Assembly (NCBI GenBank): GCA_965205485.1
Contig: OZ242180.1
Location: 2,912,001 to 2,976,000, forward strand
Length of the DNA stretch: 64,000 bases
Origin: Candidatus Latescibacterota bacterium
GTDB lineage: Bacteria > Latescibacterota > UBA2968 > GCA-2709665
Direction of reading: 5' to 3'
Shown here: in pieces, positions 10,177 through 19,259 of the stretch
How the letters are laid out: every line of letters begins with the position of its first letter
Position numbering within the stretch: the first letter of the stretch is position 1
The notes under the pieces: generated by a model
What the model was told of the DNA's origin: nothing
Seen by the model: the letters and a program-made list of their open reading frames with translations, nothing else
Databases searched by the model: none
Program-made: the position numbers and the translations under genes

Positions 10177-10245
10177 GAGCGTGTCCTCTCGCTGTTGCCG
10201 GCCGCAACCGCTTCCTCTTCAGGAATCGAGGGAAGGGTTCAGGGG

Positions 10246-11439
10246 TCAGGGTGATACGACACCGAGTGACTTGCCGACGTCCACAAAGGTGTCGATGGCG
10301 CGGTCCAGTTGAACTCGGGTGTGGGCCGCGGAGATCTGGACGCGGATGCGGGCTTCGCCTCTGGGCACCACGGGATAACTGAAGCCCACCACGAAGATGC
10401 CGCGTTCGTTCATCGCCCGCGCCATGCGTACGGTCTTTTGTTCGTCTCCGAGCATGATCGGGACGATGGGGTGGATACCCTCTGTAATGCGGAAACCGCG
10501 TTGGCTCATTGCCTTCCTGAAGTACGCGGTGTTTTGCATGACGTTCCGCCGATATTCCGGCCGCGTCTCTACGAGATCCAGCGCCTTCAACCCGCCCGCG
10601 ACGATCGGCGGCGCAAGCGTGTTGGAAAAGAGGTAGGGACGGGAGCGCTGCCGCAGGTACTCGATGATTTCTCCGCGCCCCGTTGTAAACCCGCCCGACG
10701 CGCCACCCAGTGCCTTTCCAAGCGTGCTCGTCAGAATATCGATCCGGTCTTCGACGCCGCAGAATTCCGGTGTGCCGCGTCCGTTGTCGCCCAGAAATCC
10801 GGTCGCATGAGAATCGTCCACCATGACGAGCGCATCGTGAGCGTCCGCGAGACGGCAGATTTCCTCGAGCGGCGCGACGTACCCGTGCATGGAGAACACG
10901 CCGTCGGTGGCGATTACACGGAAACGGGCGTCCGCAGCGTTCTGCAGCAGGGTTTCGAGGTGCGCCATGTCCGCGTGAGGATAGATGCTGCGTTGCGCCT
11001 TGCACAGCCGGACGCCGTCGATAATGCTGGCGTGGTTGAGCGCGTCGCTGATTACGGCGTCATCGGGTCCAAAGAGGGTCTCGAACAGTCCTGCGTTGGC
11101 GTCGAAGCAGGACGTGTAGAGTACGGTGTCTTCCGTATTGAGAAAGCCTGAGATACGCCGTTCCAGGCTCTTGTGCAGATCCTGGGTGCCGCAGATGAAT
11201 CGTACGGATGCCATGCCGTATCCGTACGCGCCCATTCCCTCCGCCGCGGCGTTTACGATGTCGGGATGATTGGCCAGCCCCAGGTAGTTGTTGGCGCAGA
11301 AGTTGATTGTCTCACCGTCCGGGGTTCTGATCAATGTATCTTGCGGCGTGACGATCTGCGTTTCTGTCTTGTAAAGACCGTTTTCCCGGATGGATTTCAA
11401 TTCGTCCTGCAACCATGATTTCATGCCGGTGTAGGCCAT
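10246..11439 (-). CDS. kbl: Glycine C-acetyltransferase (2-amino-3-ketobutyrate CoA ligase)
   Basis: [60 protein letters not shown]. Confidence 0.95.
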   Translation of the reverse strand: MAYTGMKSWLQDELKSIRENGLYKTETQIVTPQDTLIRTPDGETINFCANNYLGLANHPDIVNAAAEGMGAYGYGMASVRFICGTQDLHKSLERRISGFLNTEDTVLYTSCFDANAGLFETLFGPDDAVISDALNHASIIDGVRLCKAQRSIYPHADMAHLETLLQNAADARFRVIATDGVFSMHGYVAPLEEICRLADAHDALVMVDDSHATGFLGDNGRGTPEFCGVEDRIDILTSTLGKALGGASGGFTTGRGEIIEYLRQRSRPYLFSNTLAPPIVAGGLKALDLVETRPEYRRNVMQNTAYFRKAMSQRGFRITEGIHPIVPIMLGDEQKTVRMARAMNERGIFVVGFSYPVVPRGEARIRVQISAAHTRVQLDRAIDTFVDVGKSLGVVSP

Positions 11440-11564
11440 ATCGGTTGTCTCGTGAAGGCGGAAATCGGCATCCTGACCTGCAACACCAAAATAGAAGATC
11501 CATCCTTCGAAATCAAGCCGGATGAACCGGGCACTGTCCCGAATTCCGGGAAGTTCATTTCACC

Positions 11565-11593
11565 TTGACATCGATTCCGGCCCGCTTCATATT
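11565..11593 (+). promoter_or_regulatory. Putative sigma70 promoter
   Basis: TTGACA, 17-nt spacer, CATATT, upstream of the 11898 gene. Confidence 0.55.
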
Positions 11594-11697
11594 TGCCCGG
11601 TGGATTGGGCGACATGCCCGGATTTCTTCGTACGAATCACGCACATGCCGCGAAGGGATTCACCCGTTCCCGGTAGATTGAGGCGAAGACGACCTAA

Positions 11698-11862
11698 GGT
11701 GTCCTGTCCCGAAAATTCCTCACCATTCGACCGGCGATTCATCCCGTCTCGCTACGTTCCCCTCGCTCGCCGACCATACGCAGGTCGGCTGCGCTCAGGC
11801 GCCTTGCGAGCCGGGCGACTCAGCGGTCGAATTTAGGCAACCCATTTCCGGGACAGAACACT
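11698..11862. mobile_element. MITE-like element, family A (about 165 bp)
   Basis: Imperfect terminal inverted repeats GTGTCCTGTCCCGAAAAT / ATTTCCGGGACAGAACAC; a diverged inverted copy lies at 55445-55608. Confidence 0.8.
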
Positions 11863-11897
11863 AGGTGTTCGCCCGTTGCTTCGAAGGGCGGTTACAG

Positions 11898-13082
11898 ATG
11901 TCCGAACTGAAGAAGATCGCGGCCATTGTGACGACGTACTATCGGTATTCTCACGCCGACGTCATCATGACCAAGTTTCTGAAGGGGTTTCCGTCGGACG
12001 ACGGGTTGATACCGCCGGAGGTGGAGGTCGCGTCGATGTACATGGACCAGGTTCATGAGAAAGACGTCGGCCTCGAACTCGCGAAGGAACACGGGGTGCC
12101 GGTCTACAACAGCATTCCGAAGGCATTGACGCTGGGCGGAGAGAAACTTGCGGTCGACGGCGTGCTGATCATCGGCGAACACGGCGACTACGCATGGAAC
12201 GAGAAGCAGCAGCATATGTATCCGCGCCGGTACTTCTTCGAGCAGGTATGCGGGGTTCTTGCGACTTCCGGCCGGTCCGTGCCTGTTTTCAACGACAAAC
12301 ACCTCGCGTATGACTGGGTGAATTCTAAGTGGATGTACGACCGGGCCGGAGTGCTGAATGTGCCTTTTCTGGCCGGGTCCTCGGTTCCGCTAGGCTGGAG
12401 GCGTCCGTATCTCGAATACAACCTGGAGACGCCGCTTACGGAAGCGTTGTCAATCGGGTATTCGGGCCTGGACATCTACGGGTTCCACACGCTCGAACTG
12501 TTGCAATGTATGACCGAACGCAGGCGGGGCGGCGAGACCGGTATCGTCGCTGTGCAGTGCCTCGAGGGAGATGACGTCTGGAGGGCGGGAGACGAGGGGC
12601 AATGGTCCCGCGAGCTCGCCGATGCCGCACGCGAACCCATTGAGGCGAAAGCCGCCGGGGAAATGGAAGCTCACTGCCCGGACCCGGCGGTCTTTCTGCT
12701 GGAATACAAAGACGGTTTGAAGGCTGCCTCCCTTATGTTGAACGGATACACGCAGGGATTCGGATACGCCGGCCGCGAACGGGGCGGCGTACGGGGAATG
12801 GAGGTGTTCCTTCCGGACGATCCCCACGCCCATTTCAGCTATCTCGGCAGAAACATCCACGAACTCTTCCTCACCGGTAAACCACCGTACCCCGTAGAGC
12901 GCACGCTGCTGGTTAGCGGGGCCCTGGATGCGCTGATGGACTCCCGCCACAGGGGCCACGTAAGGGTGGAGACACCGCATCTCGACGTCCGGTATCGTTC
13001 GTACGAGCGCCCGCCCATCAGGCCCGTCGGGCCAAGACCGTCGGGTGCAAGCCTGGTGCCGATTGTGCCGGGACGAAGCTGA
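11898..13082 (+). CDS. Conserved hypothetical protein, Gfo/Idh/MocA-like oxidoreductase fold
   Basis: SHADVI, VDGVLIIGEHGDY, FNDKHL, AGSSVP, YGFHTLE; no clear GxGxxG. Confidence 0.7.
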   Translation: MSELKKIAAIVTTYYRYSHADVIMTKFLKGFPSDDGLIPPEVEVASMYMDQVHEKDVGLELAKEHGVPVYNSIPKALTLGGEKLAVDGVLIIGEHGDYAWNEKQQHMYPRRYFFEQVCGVLATSGRSVPVFNDKHLAYDWVNSKWMYDRAGVLNVPFLAGSSVPLGWRRPYLEYNLETPLTEALSIGYSGLDIYGFHTLELLQCMTERRRGGETGIVAVQCLEGDDVWRAGDEGQWSRELADAAREPIEAKAAGEMEAHCPDPAVFLLEYKDGLKAASLMLNGYTQGFGYAGRERGGVRGMEVFLPDDPHAHFSYLGRNIHELFLTGKPPYPVERTLLVSGALDALMDSRHRGHVRVETPHLDVRYRSYERPPIRPVGPRPSGASLVPIVPGRS

Positions 13083-13262
13083 AAACGGCGAAAAACGAAA
13101 AGACGCGAATGAACGAGACTACGAAGAAACGAGACTACGAACAGACGAAACTACGAGAGAATGAAACAACGGGAATACATCATACACTCTTGGCCTCGTC
13201 ATCTCTTCGCCTTTTCGTATTCTCGTACTCTCGGCTTTTCGAATAAACGAAACGACGAAGAA
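13083..13262 (+). repeat. Octamer-periodic hairpin element, family D copy 1
   Basis: GARACTAC-like units, then a 54-nt core and a pyrimidine-rich TCG-periodic arm; core 13173-13226 matches 25885-25938 (inverted) at 52/54. Confidence 0.85.
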
Positions 13263-13311
13263 TCCGTGGCTGAGATACATTTTCATCATTATGGGCGACC
13301 CATACGGGCAT

Positions 13312-13332
13312 GACAACTGTTATAAGGTTGTC
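13312..13332 (+). promoter_or_regulatory. Putative operator overlapping an extended -10 element
   Basis: GACAAC-TGTTATAAG-GTTGTC: a 6-bp inverted repeat around TGnTATAAG, 60 nt upstream of the 13393 gene. Confidence 0.4.
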
Positions 13333-13392
13333 GATGCGTTCCCGAGCGCGAGCGAAAGAGTGGCGACGAGTTTCCAGGTGGAGGGCTGACGT

Positions 13393-14394
13393 GTGGCACT
13401 GAACGCGGCGGTGATCGGTCTGGGCGTGGGCACGGGGCACATCGCCGCCTACCGGGAAGCGGGTGCGGAGGTAACCGCGATCTGCGACGTAAACGGGGAA
13501 TTGCTGGAACGGGTCGGGGACGAGCAGGGCGTTCCGCGCCGGTATACCGACTATCGCGCCCTGGCCGACCGGGATGACATCGACGTCGTCTCAATCTGCA
13601 CGCCCGATCATCTGCACGCCGACCCGGCCGTTGAAATGATGTCTTCCGGGAAGCACGTGCTTGTGGAGAAGCCGCTGGCCACCACGTTCGAGGATATCGA
13701 AAGAATCGTGCGGACGTCACGCCGGATGGGACGGAAGGTGTCTCACGGTTGCCAGATCCGGTTCGATGAGACGTTTCAGGAGTTGAAACGCCAGGTCGAG
13801 GCGCAGGCGTTCGGCAAGGTGTTCTACGCCGAGGCGGACTATATATCCAACCACCTGAATCTGTTTAAGGAGGGATGGCGCGGCAAGCTGGGCCCGCGTT
13901 ATAATGCGGCGGCCGGCGGCAGCATCCATCCCGTCGACGTGATCCAGTGGATCATCGACTCGCCGGCGGCGGAGGTGACGGCCTACGGAAACGGCATATC
14001 CGCGGGGTCCCACGGTCTGGACGTGACCGACTGCATCGTGGGGATCATCCGCTTCGAGAACGGATGTGTCGCCAAGACGTTTACGACAATGGGCTCCGCC
14101 CGGCCCGGCTTTCGCAACTTGCAGATATACGGCACACGCAAGACGTTCCTGACCGCCCAGGCGCCGCCCGCGCGCCTGGTTTCGGATCTTCAGAGTCGAA
14201 AGTGGACGCCGCTTGAGGTTGCGGACGACGGCCGGGACAGCCGGCGGAAGCTGATCGAAGACCTGCTTCAGGCCATAGTGAACGACACGGACCCGCAGGT
14301 GAATCTGGAGCAATCCGTCCGCACGGCGGCGATCTGCGTGTCGCTGTTTGAATCGATACGGGCAGGTAAGCCGATCGCCGTGCCCGGATTCTGA
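13393..14394 (+). CDS. Gfo/Idh/MocA family oxidoreductase
   Basis: IGLGVG, ICTPDHLH, HVLVEKP, GSIHPVD. Confidence 0.9.
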   Translation: MALNAAVIGLGVGTGHIAAYREAGAEVTAICDVNGELLERVGDEQGVPRRYTDYRALADRDDIDVVSICTPDHLHADPAVEMMSSGKHVLVEKPLATTFEDIERIVRTSRRMGRKVSHGCQIRFDETFQELKRQVEAQAFGKVFYAEADYISNHLNLFKEGWRGKLGPRYNAAAGGSIHPVDVIQWIIDSPAAEVTAYGNGISAGSHGLDVTDCIVGIIRFENGCVAKTFTTMGSARPGFRNLQIYGTRKTFLTAQAPPARLVSDLQSRKWTPLEVADDGRDSRRKLIEDLLQAIVNDTDPQVNLEQSVRTAAICVSLFESIRAGKPIAVPGF

Positions 14395-14447
14395 CGTCGT
14401 TCGTGCCGCGAAATCCGTATCCCGAAACGTAATTGCGGAGTGTCCAT

Positions 14448-14843
14448 GTGGGTTTGAAGGCGATAGAAAACCCTCAGCCGTGCAGGCCGTATACGATCGA
14501 GTTTGTATTCCCCGAATTCACGGCGGTATATCAGCAAACGAACGAACCGGTCTTCGCGACGATCACCGTTCGATATGTGCCTGGCGACACGTGTATCGAG
14601 ACCGTTTCGCTCAAGCGGTATCTGGGGTCGTATCGAAATCAGTCGACGTCGTACGAGGCGGCCGTCAACCTGATTTGGGATGATCTGGTCGCGGCCTGTA
14701 ATCCGAAGCGAATGACGGTTGTCGGCGAGTTCACGGTGAGGGGAGGAATTTCCGCTACGGTCACCGTTGATACAGTAGAGAACGGGGCTGCATATTCTTC
14801 AGAGGAGCGGCAGATTGGGGACAAGGGCAGGCGAAATCCTTGA
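14448..14843 (+). CDS. QueF-like T-fold protein lacking catalytic Cys/Asp
   Basis: Aligns with QueF throughout ([29 protein letters not shown]), but [14 protein letters not shown] replaces EFTSLCPxTGQPDF. GGAG RBS before GTG 14448. Confidence 0.8.
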   Translation: MGLKAIENPQPCRPYTIEFVFPEFTAVYQQTNEPVFATITVRYVPGDTCIETVSLKRYLGSYRNQSTSYEAAVNLIWDDLVAACNPKRMTVVGEFTVRGGISATVTVDTVENGAAYSSEERQIGDKGRRNP

Positions 14844-15177
14844 GGTCTTCGAGAATCCGCGTCCCGGAAGGCGGTACACGATCGAATTTACGTGCCGGGA
14901 GTTCACTTCGCTGTGTCCGCTTACGGGACAGCCTGACTTTGCCACGATCGTCGTCCGGTACGTTCCGCGCGACAAGTGCGTGGAGCTCAAGTCGCTCAAG
15001 CGCTACTTCAGGTCGTTTCGCGATACGGGCGCCTTTTTCGAAGAGGTGACGAACCGGATCCTGGACGACCTGGTTCTGGCATGTGCGCCAGTGGAAATGA
15101 TGGTGGCCGGTCGATTCAACGTCAGGGGCGGGATCGAACACGAAATCACCGCGGACTACAGCTCAAATCGACAATAG
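14815..15177 (+). CDS. queF: NADPH-dependent 7-cyano-7-deazaguanine reductase (preQ1 synthase), unimodular type
   Basis: [41 protein letters not shown] before TTG. Confidence 0.9.
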   Translation: MGTRAGEILEVFENPRPGRRYTIEFTCREFTSLCPLTGQPDFATIVVRYVPRDKCVELKSLKRYFRSFRDTGAFFEEVTNRILDDLVLACAPVEMMVAGRFNVRGGIEHEITADYSSNRQ

Positions 15178-15242
15178 CAGAGTGGCCTGGCGGGTCGATG
15201 AGGAATGATCGCTCCACCCGGTGAAACCTGCCGCTCGTTGAC

Positions 15243-16067
15243 TCAAACGACGAACGACTTCAGAAATCTTGCGGATCGGGCCGCGGCTTCGTCCGGGGTC
15301 AGGCGCCCGCCGAACGCCTGGTGCACGGTGACGTACCCGCTGTAGGAGATGGCGCGCAGCCCCTCGAAGACCCTGCCGAAGTCGATGCCCCCGGCGGCAT
15401 CGAGGGGACGCAGGATGGACATTACGGTACCATTGGCCCAGGTGGTCATCGGCATGTCGCCATCGGGGTGGGGCGCGTGGTTCTGCACGTAGACATTGAA
15501 CAGGTACGGCTGAAATTTCCGAAGCGTTTCCGGCCCGTAATCTTCTCCGCAGAGGGCGAGATTGGCGGGCTCGTAGATCAATCCGAAGTTGGATCTGCCA
15601 ATTCGTCCAAGGACGTTCAACGAGCCCTCAACGGTCTCGAACAGGCTGAGCGTATGGCTCTGGTGGGCGAGGCGGATATTCCGGTCGGCGGCCTCATCGG
15701 CGGATTCTCGCGCAAAGGGGATGTCGGCCTCGGTCTTGATGCAAACGCGGATCAGATTGGATCCGAGGGCCTGCGCCAGATCGAGGTACGGCGTGATGTT
15801 CCGAAGGCAACCCGGCCCCTCGTCCCCGTTTTCGGGAACGGCAAAATCACCCGTAACCATCGACACCGTGAGGCCTTCCCGCCTCAGAAGCGCGCTGGCG
15901 GAATCCACGGCTTCCGGCGCGCTCCGGACGCCAACAACCGAAGCCCGCATGCACAGCGCTCCAAATCCGGCCCTTCTTGCGATGCCGGCAAGGTCGGGCA
16001 GCGGTATGTCCACGACGCGTTTGTTGCTGAAGCTTTCTGCAACCCGCACGGAAAGCGAGAGTTTCAT
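15243..16067 (-). CDS. Sugar phosphate isomerase/epimerase (AP endonuclease 2 TIM barrel)
   Basis: LAHQSH, LIYEPAN, VYVQN, IDFGRVFEGLRAISYSGYVTVH pattern. Confidence 0.75.
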   Translation of the reverse strand: MKLSLSVRVAESFSNKRVVDIPLPDLAGIARRAGFGALCMRASVVGVRSAPEAVDSASALLRREGLTVSMVTGDFAVPENGDEGPGCLRNITPYLDLAQALGSNLIRVCIKTEADIPFARESADEAADRNIRLAHQSHTLSLFETVEGSLNVLGRIGRSNFGLIYEPANLALCGEDYGPETLRKFQPYLFNVYVQNHAPHPDGDMPMTTWANGTVMSILRPLDAAGGIDFGRVFEGLRAISYSGYVTVHQAFGGRLTPDEAAARSARFLKSFVV

Positions 16068-16133
16068 CTGATACCCCGTTTAACCTCAATTCGAAACAAG
16101 ACAACTGTCAATTTGGCCACAAAGAGCCAGAAT

Positions 16134-16329
16134 GCGGGTAGAGGGTAGACCAAGAGCGGTGAGACGTAAGCCGGGAGAGGTTAGAGATGTCCTGCCTCGT
16201 GAGGATTCTTTTCGTGCCGAAGGAAGCGAGGGATTAAATATCGGGCGAGGATATCATCTACCGTCTACCCTCTCACCTCTACCCGCCTTTCTTCTACCGT
16301 CTTGCGTCTCCCGTCTTCCTTCTCACGGA
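16134..16329. repeat. Heptamer-periodic inverted-arm (hairpin) element
   Basis: Left arm GGGTAGA GGGTAGA ... GGTGAGA CGTAAG ... GGGAGA; right arm TCTACCG TCTACCC TCTCACC TCTACCC ... TCTTGCG TCTCCCG TCTTCCT TCTCACG. Confidence 0.7.
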
Positions 16330-16391
16330 TGCGGGTGTAATTTATCCGCGTAATCTGCCCATGTCAACACGGGATTGACGGAGTATCTGAT

Positions 16392-17693
16392 TTGCTGATG
16401 GCCGGCGCGGCAAAGCGGTGTGTAACCCCGCCCACCTGGGTGCCGTATCTGACCTCGTCCGGGAACGGCACCTGCGAGCCGTTCGACGGCGTTCACGACG
16501 ACCTGTACGCCAGGGCCCTCGTACTCGACGACGGCCGCAGGTCGATTGCGGTGCTGTCGGTGGACGCGGTCGGATACGACAACGCGATTCTCGGCCCGGA
16601 TCGAAACTTCACTTCGGAGTTGCGTTCGCGGATCGCCAGCCGGACAGGGCTTGCGCAGGAAGGCGTGATGCTGACGGCCACCCATTCCCACTCCACGCCC
16701 GAGACGCTGGGGTTGACGCCGTTCCGTGAAACGGAGGGGATTCACGACTGGCTGGAAGGGCACCTCGAGGCGCTGGCGTCCACGGTTACCGAAGCGTGGG
16801 AAAAGCGGACGGCCGTCCGGGCCTACGCCGGGGTGACACAGGTGCCGGGCGTGGCCCGGCATCGGCGAATCCCTCTGAAAGACGGCACACTGAACCGTGC
16901 CGGGGCGTATCCACGGCTCGAGGAGGCGGCCGGATCCTGGGCCGTGGACGAGGCGCTGGCCGTACTGTATTTTGAAGCCGGGAACGGAGAGCCGCTGGCT
17001 GTGATGGTGAATTTTGCCGCGCATCCCGTCGTCGCCATGCTGCTCCCGCCGGTGTCGGCGGATTATCCCGGCACCCTCACGGCTTCCGTGGAAGCGGGCC
17101 TGGATGGCGCAACGTGTCTATTCGTCAACGGGGCGTGCGGCAATGTCAATTCGATCCGTGTAACGACCGGTTTCGATGACGTGTCCTGGATCGGACGAAC
17201 GCTGGGTAGAGCCGCGCTGGAGGTGATCGCCCGTCTGAAAGAGGGCCCTCCGCTGCGTTCTCCCGGGGTGGCTTACGATACGGACGGGCTTGAGCTGGAT
17301 CCGAGGCCCTGTCCGCCGCTGGAAGCGGCTGAGAGAACCGCCGCGCGGAATCCTTCCTTCGAAAACCGCCTGGCGTTGCGGCTTGCGCGCAAACTCGCTG
17401 AGGGTCCGATTCGGGTCGAGGTACAGGCCATGGCGCTGGGCCGCCTGCGCTGGGTCGCGCTCCCCGGGGAGGTGTTCGTCGAGACCGGGCTTGCAGTCAA
17501 ACGGGCCGGCGCCTGGTTCGTAACCGGCAACGCGAACGGATGGGTGGGGTATTTCCCAATCCACAGAGCGTATGAAGAGGGTGGTTACGAAGTGGTTGCC
17601 GGACCCTGGTCGCGGGTCGCGCCCGGGAGTGCCGAACGGATCGAGGCGGTGTGTATCCGGCTGATGGAACGGTTCGCTGCGCAATGCGTTTAA
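16392..17693 (+). CDS. Neutral/alkaline ceramidase-like N-terminal domain hydrolase
   Basis: GVHDDLYARALVL, ATHSHSTP, NFAAHP, SADYPG, NGACGN, LPGEVF, GYFP...YEEGGYE. Confidence 0.8.
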   Translation: MLMAGAAKRCVTPPTWVPYLTSSGNGTCEPFDGVHDDLYARALVLDDGRRSIAVLSVDAVGYDNAILGPDRNFTSELRSRIASRTGLAQEGVMLTATHSHSTPETLGLTPFRETEGIHDWLEGHLEALASTVTEAWEKRTAVRAYAGVTQVPGVARHRRIPLKDGTLNRAGAYPRLEEAAGSWAVDEALAVLYFEAGNGEPLAVMVNFAAHPVVAMLLPPVSADYPGTLTASVEAGLDGATCLFVNGACGNVNSIRVTTGFDDVSWIGRTLGRAALEVIARLKEGPPLRSPGVAYDTDGLELDPRPCPPLEAAERTAARNPSFENRLALRLARKLAEGPIRVEVQAMALGRLRWVALPGEVFVETGLAVKRAGAWFVTGNANGWVGYFPIHRAYEEGGYEVVAGPWSRVAPGSAERIEAVCIRLMERFAAQCV

Positions 17694-17780
17694 GAAAAGC
17701 GAAAATTACCCTTGTCGGGGAATCTGGCTTTCGTATATTGCTGAGCACATTCCGGGGAAATGAGAATCCGGAGGATGGAG

Positions 17781-18452
17781 ATGGTCGAAGTCAAGATCGA
17801 CATCGAGCGCACGTTGAACGCGCTGCGGCCTGTTCAGGTTTCGCAGCCGCGTATGGTCTGGCTTTGCAACAGCGAGCACAACGTTTTGCTGCCGATCGTA
17901 ATCGGACTGATGGAGGCCAGCGCCATCTACGCCGAACTGACGAACGAGCGCCCGCCTCGCCCGCTCACTCACGACCTGGTCCGGTCCATTCTGGGCCAGC
18001 TCGACACCACAATAGAAGGCGTCTACATTGTGGCATTGAAGAAAGGTATCTTCTACGCGGAACTGGCGCTCGCACGCGGCGCCAGGCGCTGGCGGGTCGA
18101 CGCCCGGCCGAGCGATTGCGTTGCCCTGGCGCTTCGTTACGAAGCGGCGATATATGTATCGGAAGCCGTTCTCACCGAAGCCGGACACGAAGACCGCCCC
18201 GAAGTTGGCGCTGAGGAGCCGGAATCGATCGAAGCCCTGGCGCCGCCCCAGTTTGTCGAGGACAAGGAAGAAGCCGTCATGACGGTCGCGGAGGTTCCCA
18301 GGAGCGGGACAGCCGATGCCGGAGACCCTGTCGAGACCCGGATCAACGATCTCCGACGCAAGATGGAACAGGCCAGCCGGCAGGAGCGGTATGAAGAGGC
18401 CGGCAGGCTGCGGGATGAAATCGACCGGTTGAAGAACAGCCGGGAGGCATGA
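17781..18452 (+). CDS. Bifunctional nuclease (DUF151) domain protein with C-terminal UvrB/UvrC (UVR) motif
   Basis: LPIVIGLMEA, RPLTHDL, DARPSDCVALA; C-terminal ERYEEAGRLRDEI. Start may be 17760 or 17775. Confidence 0.88.
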   Translation: MVEVKIDIERTLNALRPVQVSQPRMVWLCNSEHNVLLPIVIGLMEASAIYAELTNERPPRPLTHDLVRSILGQLDTTIEGVYIVALKKGIFYAELALARGARRWRVDARPSDCVALALRYEAAIYVSEAVLTEAGHEDRPEVGAEEPESIEALAPPQFVEDKEEAVMTVAEVPRSGTADAGDPVETRINDLRRKMEQASRQERYEEAGRLRDEIDRLKNSREA

Positions 18453-18736
18453 AGAGGCCGTACACGAAACGGGCGGATGAGCGTCGTTCTCATCCGCCCG
18501 TTTCGTGTACGATACCCGCAGCCCGCATTACATCAGCCACGCCTGTTTTGTTCCCATTGCTCAAGAACCTGACCGGATCGGGCGAGGGCCCATATCCGGC
18601 GTTTTTCATGTTGACAGGGGTTCCATCCTGTACATTTATGAGAAAATCAGGCCGATGAACGGGGGTGCATCGGCCGCGGTATCCATGACGCGGTTTCCAT
18701 CGAATTAAACTCCCCAAATTCAGAAGGAGACACACG

Positions 18737-19171
18737 ATGGCAGGCACGATTCCCCTTATCAGTTCCGGTGTTGCGGGGCCTCTCGGCGCCATCCACCTCC
18801 CCAGGTTGTGGTTGAAGCTGACGCTTTCCGCGAAGGGCCAGCTGGCGGACGACTATCCCGAATGCGGCGCCGGTTACGACCAGATGGTGCTCGACGGATT
18901 GAAAGTCGATCGGGATGCGGCGGTTGACTACGTAAAAGGCAACCTGCCGACGTATATCGAATTTGAGAACTGGGTGGTGAGCCAGCGCGGCGGCAGCATC
19001 CCGCAGGACGAGATCGACGCATCCAATGCGGCTATTCTCGGGTATCACCACGACGACGAAACGCGCGGCTCGATTCTGTCGGCGGCCGGGGTGGCGGACG
19101 ACGGGTCGATCCTGGATGCGGTGAATCTGAACAATCTGGACGATTGGACCGAATTCCACGATAGCCTGTAG
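18737..19171 (+). CDS. DUF5069-like small protein
   Basis: GPLGAIHLPRLWLK...DYP...GYDQMVL pattern; strong AAGGAG RBS. Confidence 0.65.
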   Translation: MAGTIPLISSGVAGPLGAIHLPRLWLKLTLSAKGQLADDYPECGAGYDQMVLDGLKVDRDAAVDYVKGNLPTYIEFENWVVSQRGGSIPQDEIDASNAAILGYHHDDETRGSILSAAGVADDGSILDAVNLNNLDDWTEFHDSL

Positions 19172-19259
19172 CTTGTTCCGTACGGAGCGTTCGACCGCTG
19201 GCCGCGCGTGCAGGGAAGCCGGTAGTTGAACGCTCTTTCTTTGTATGCCGGAGGGTCGC

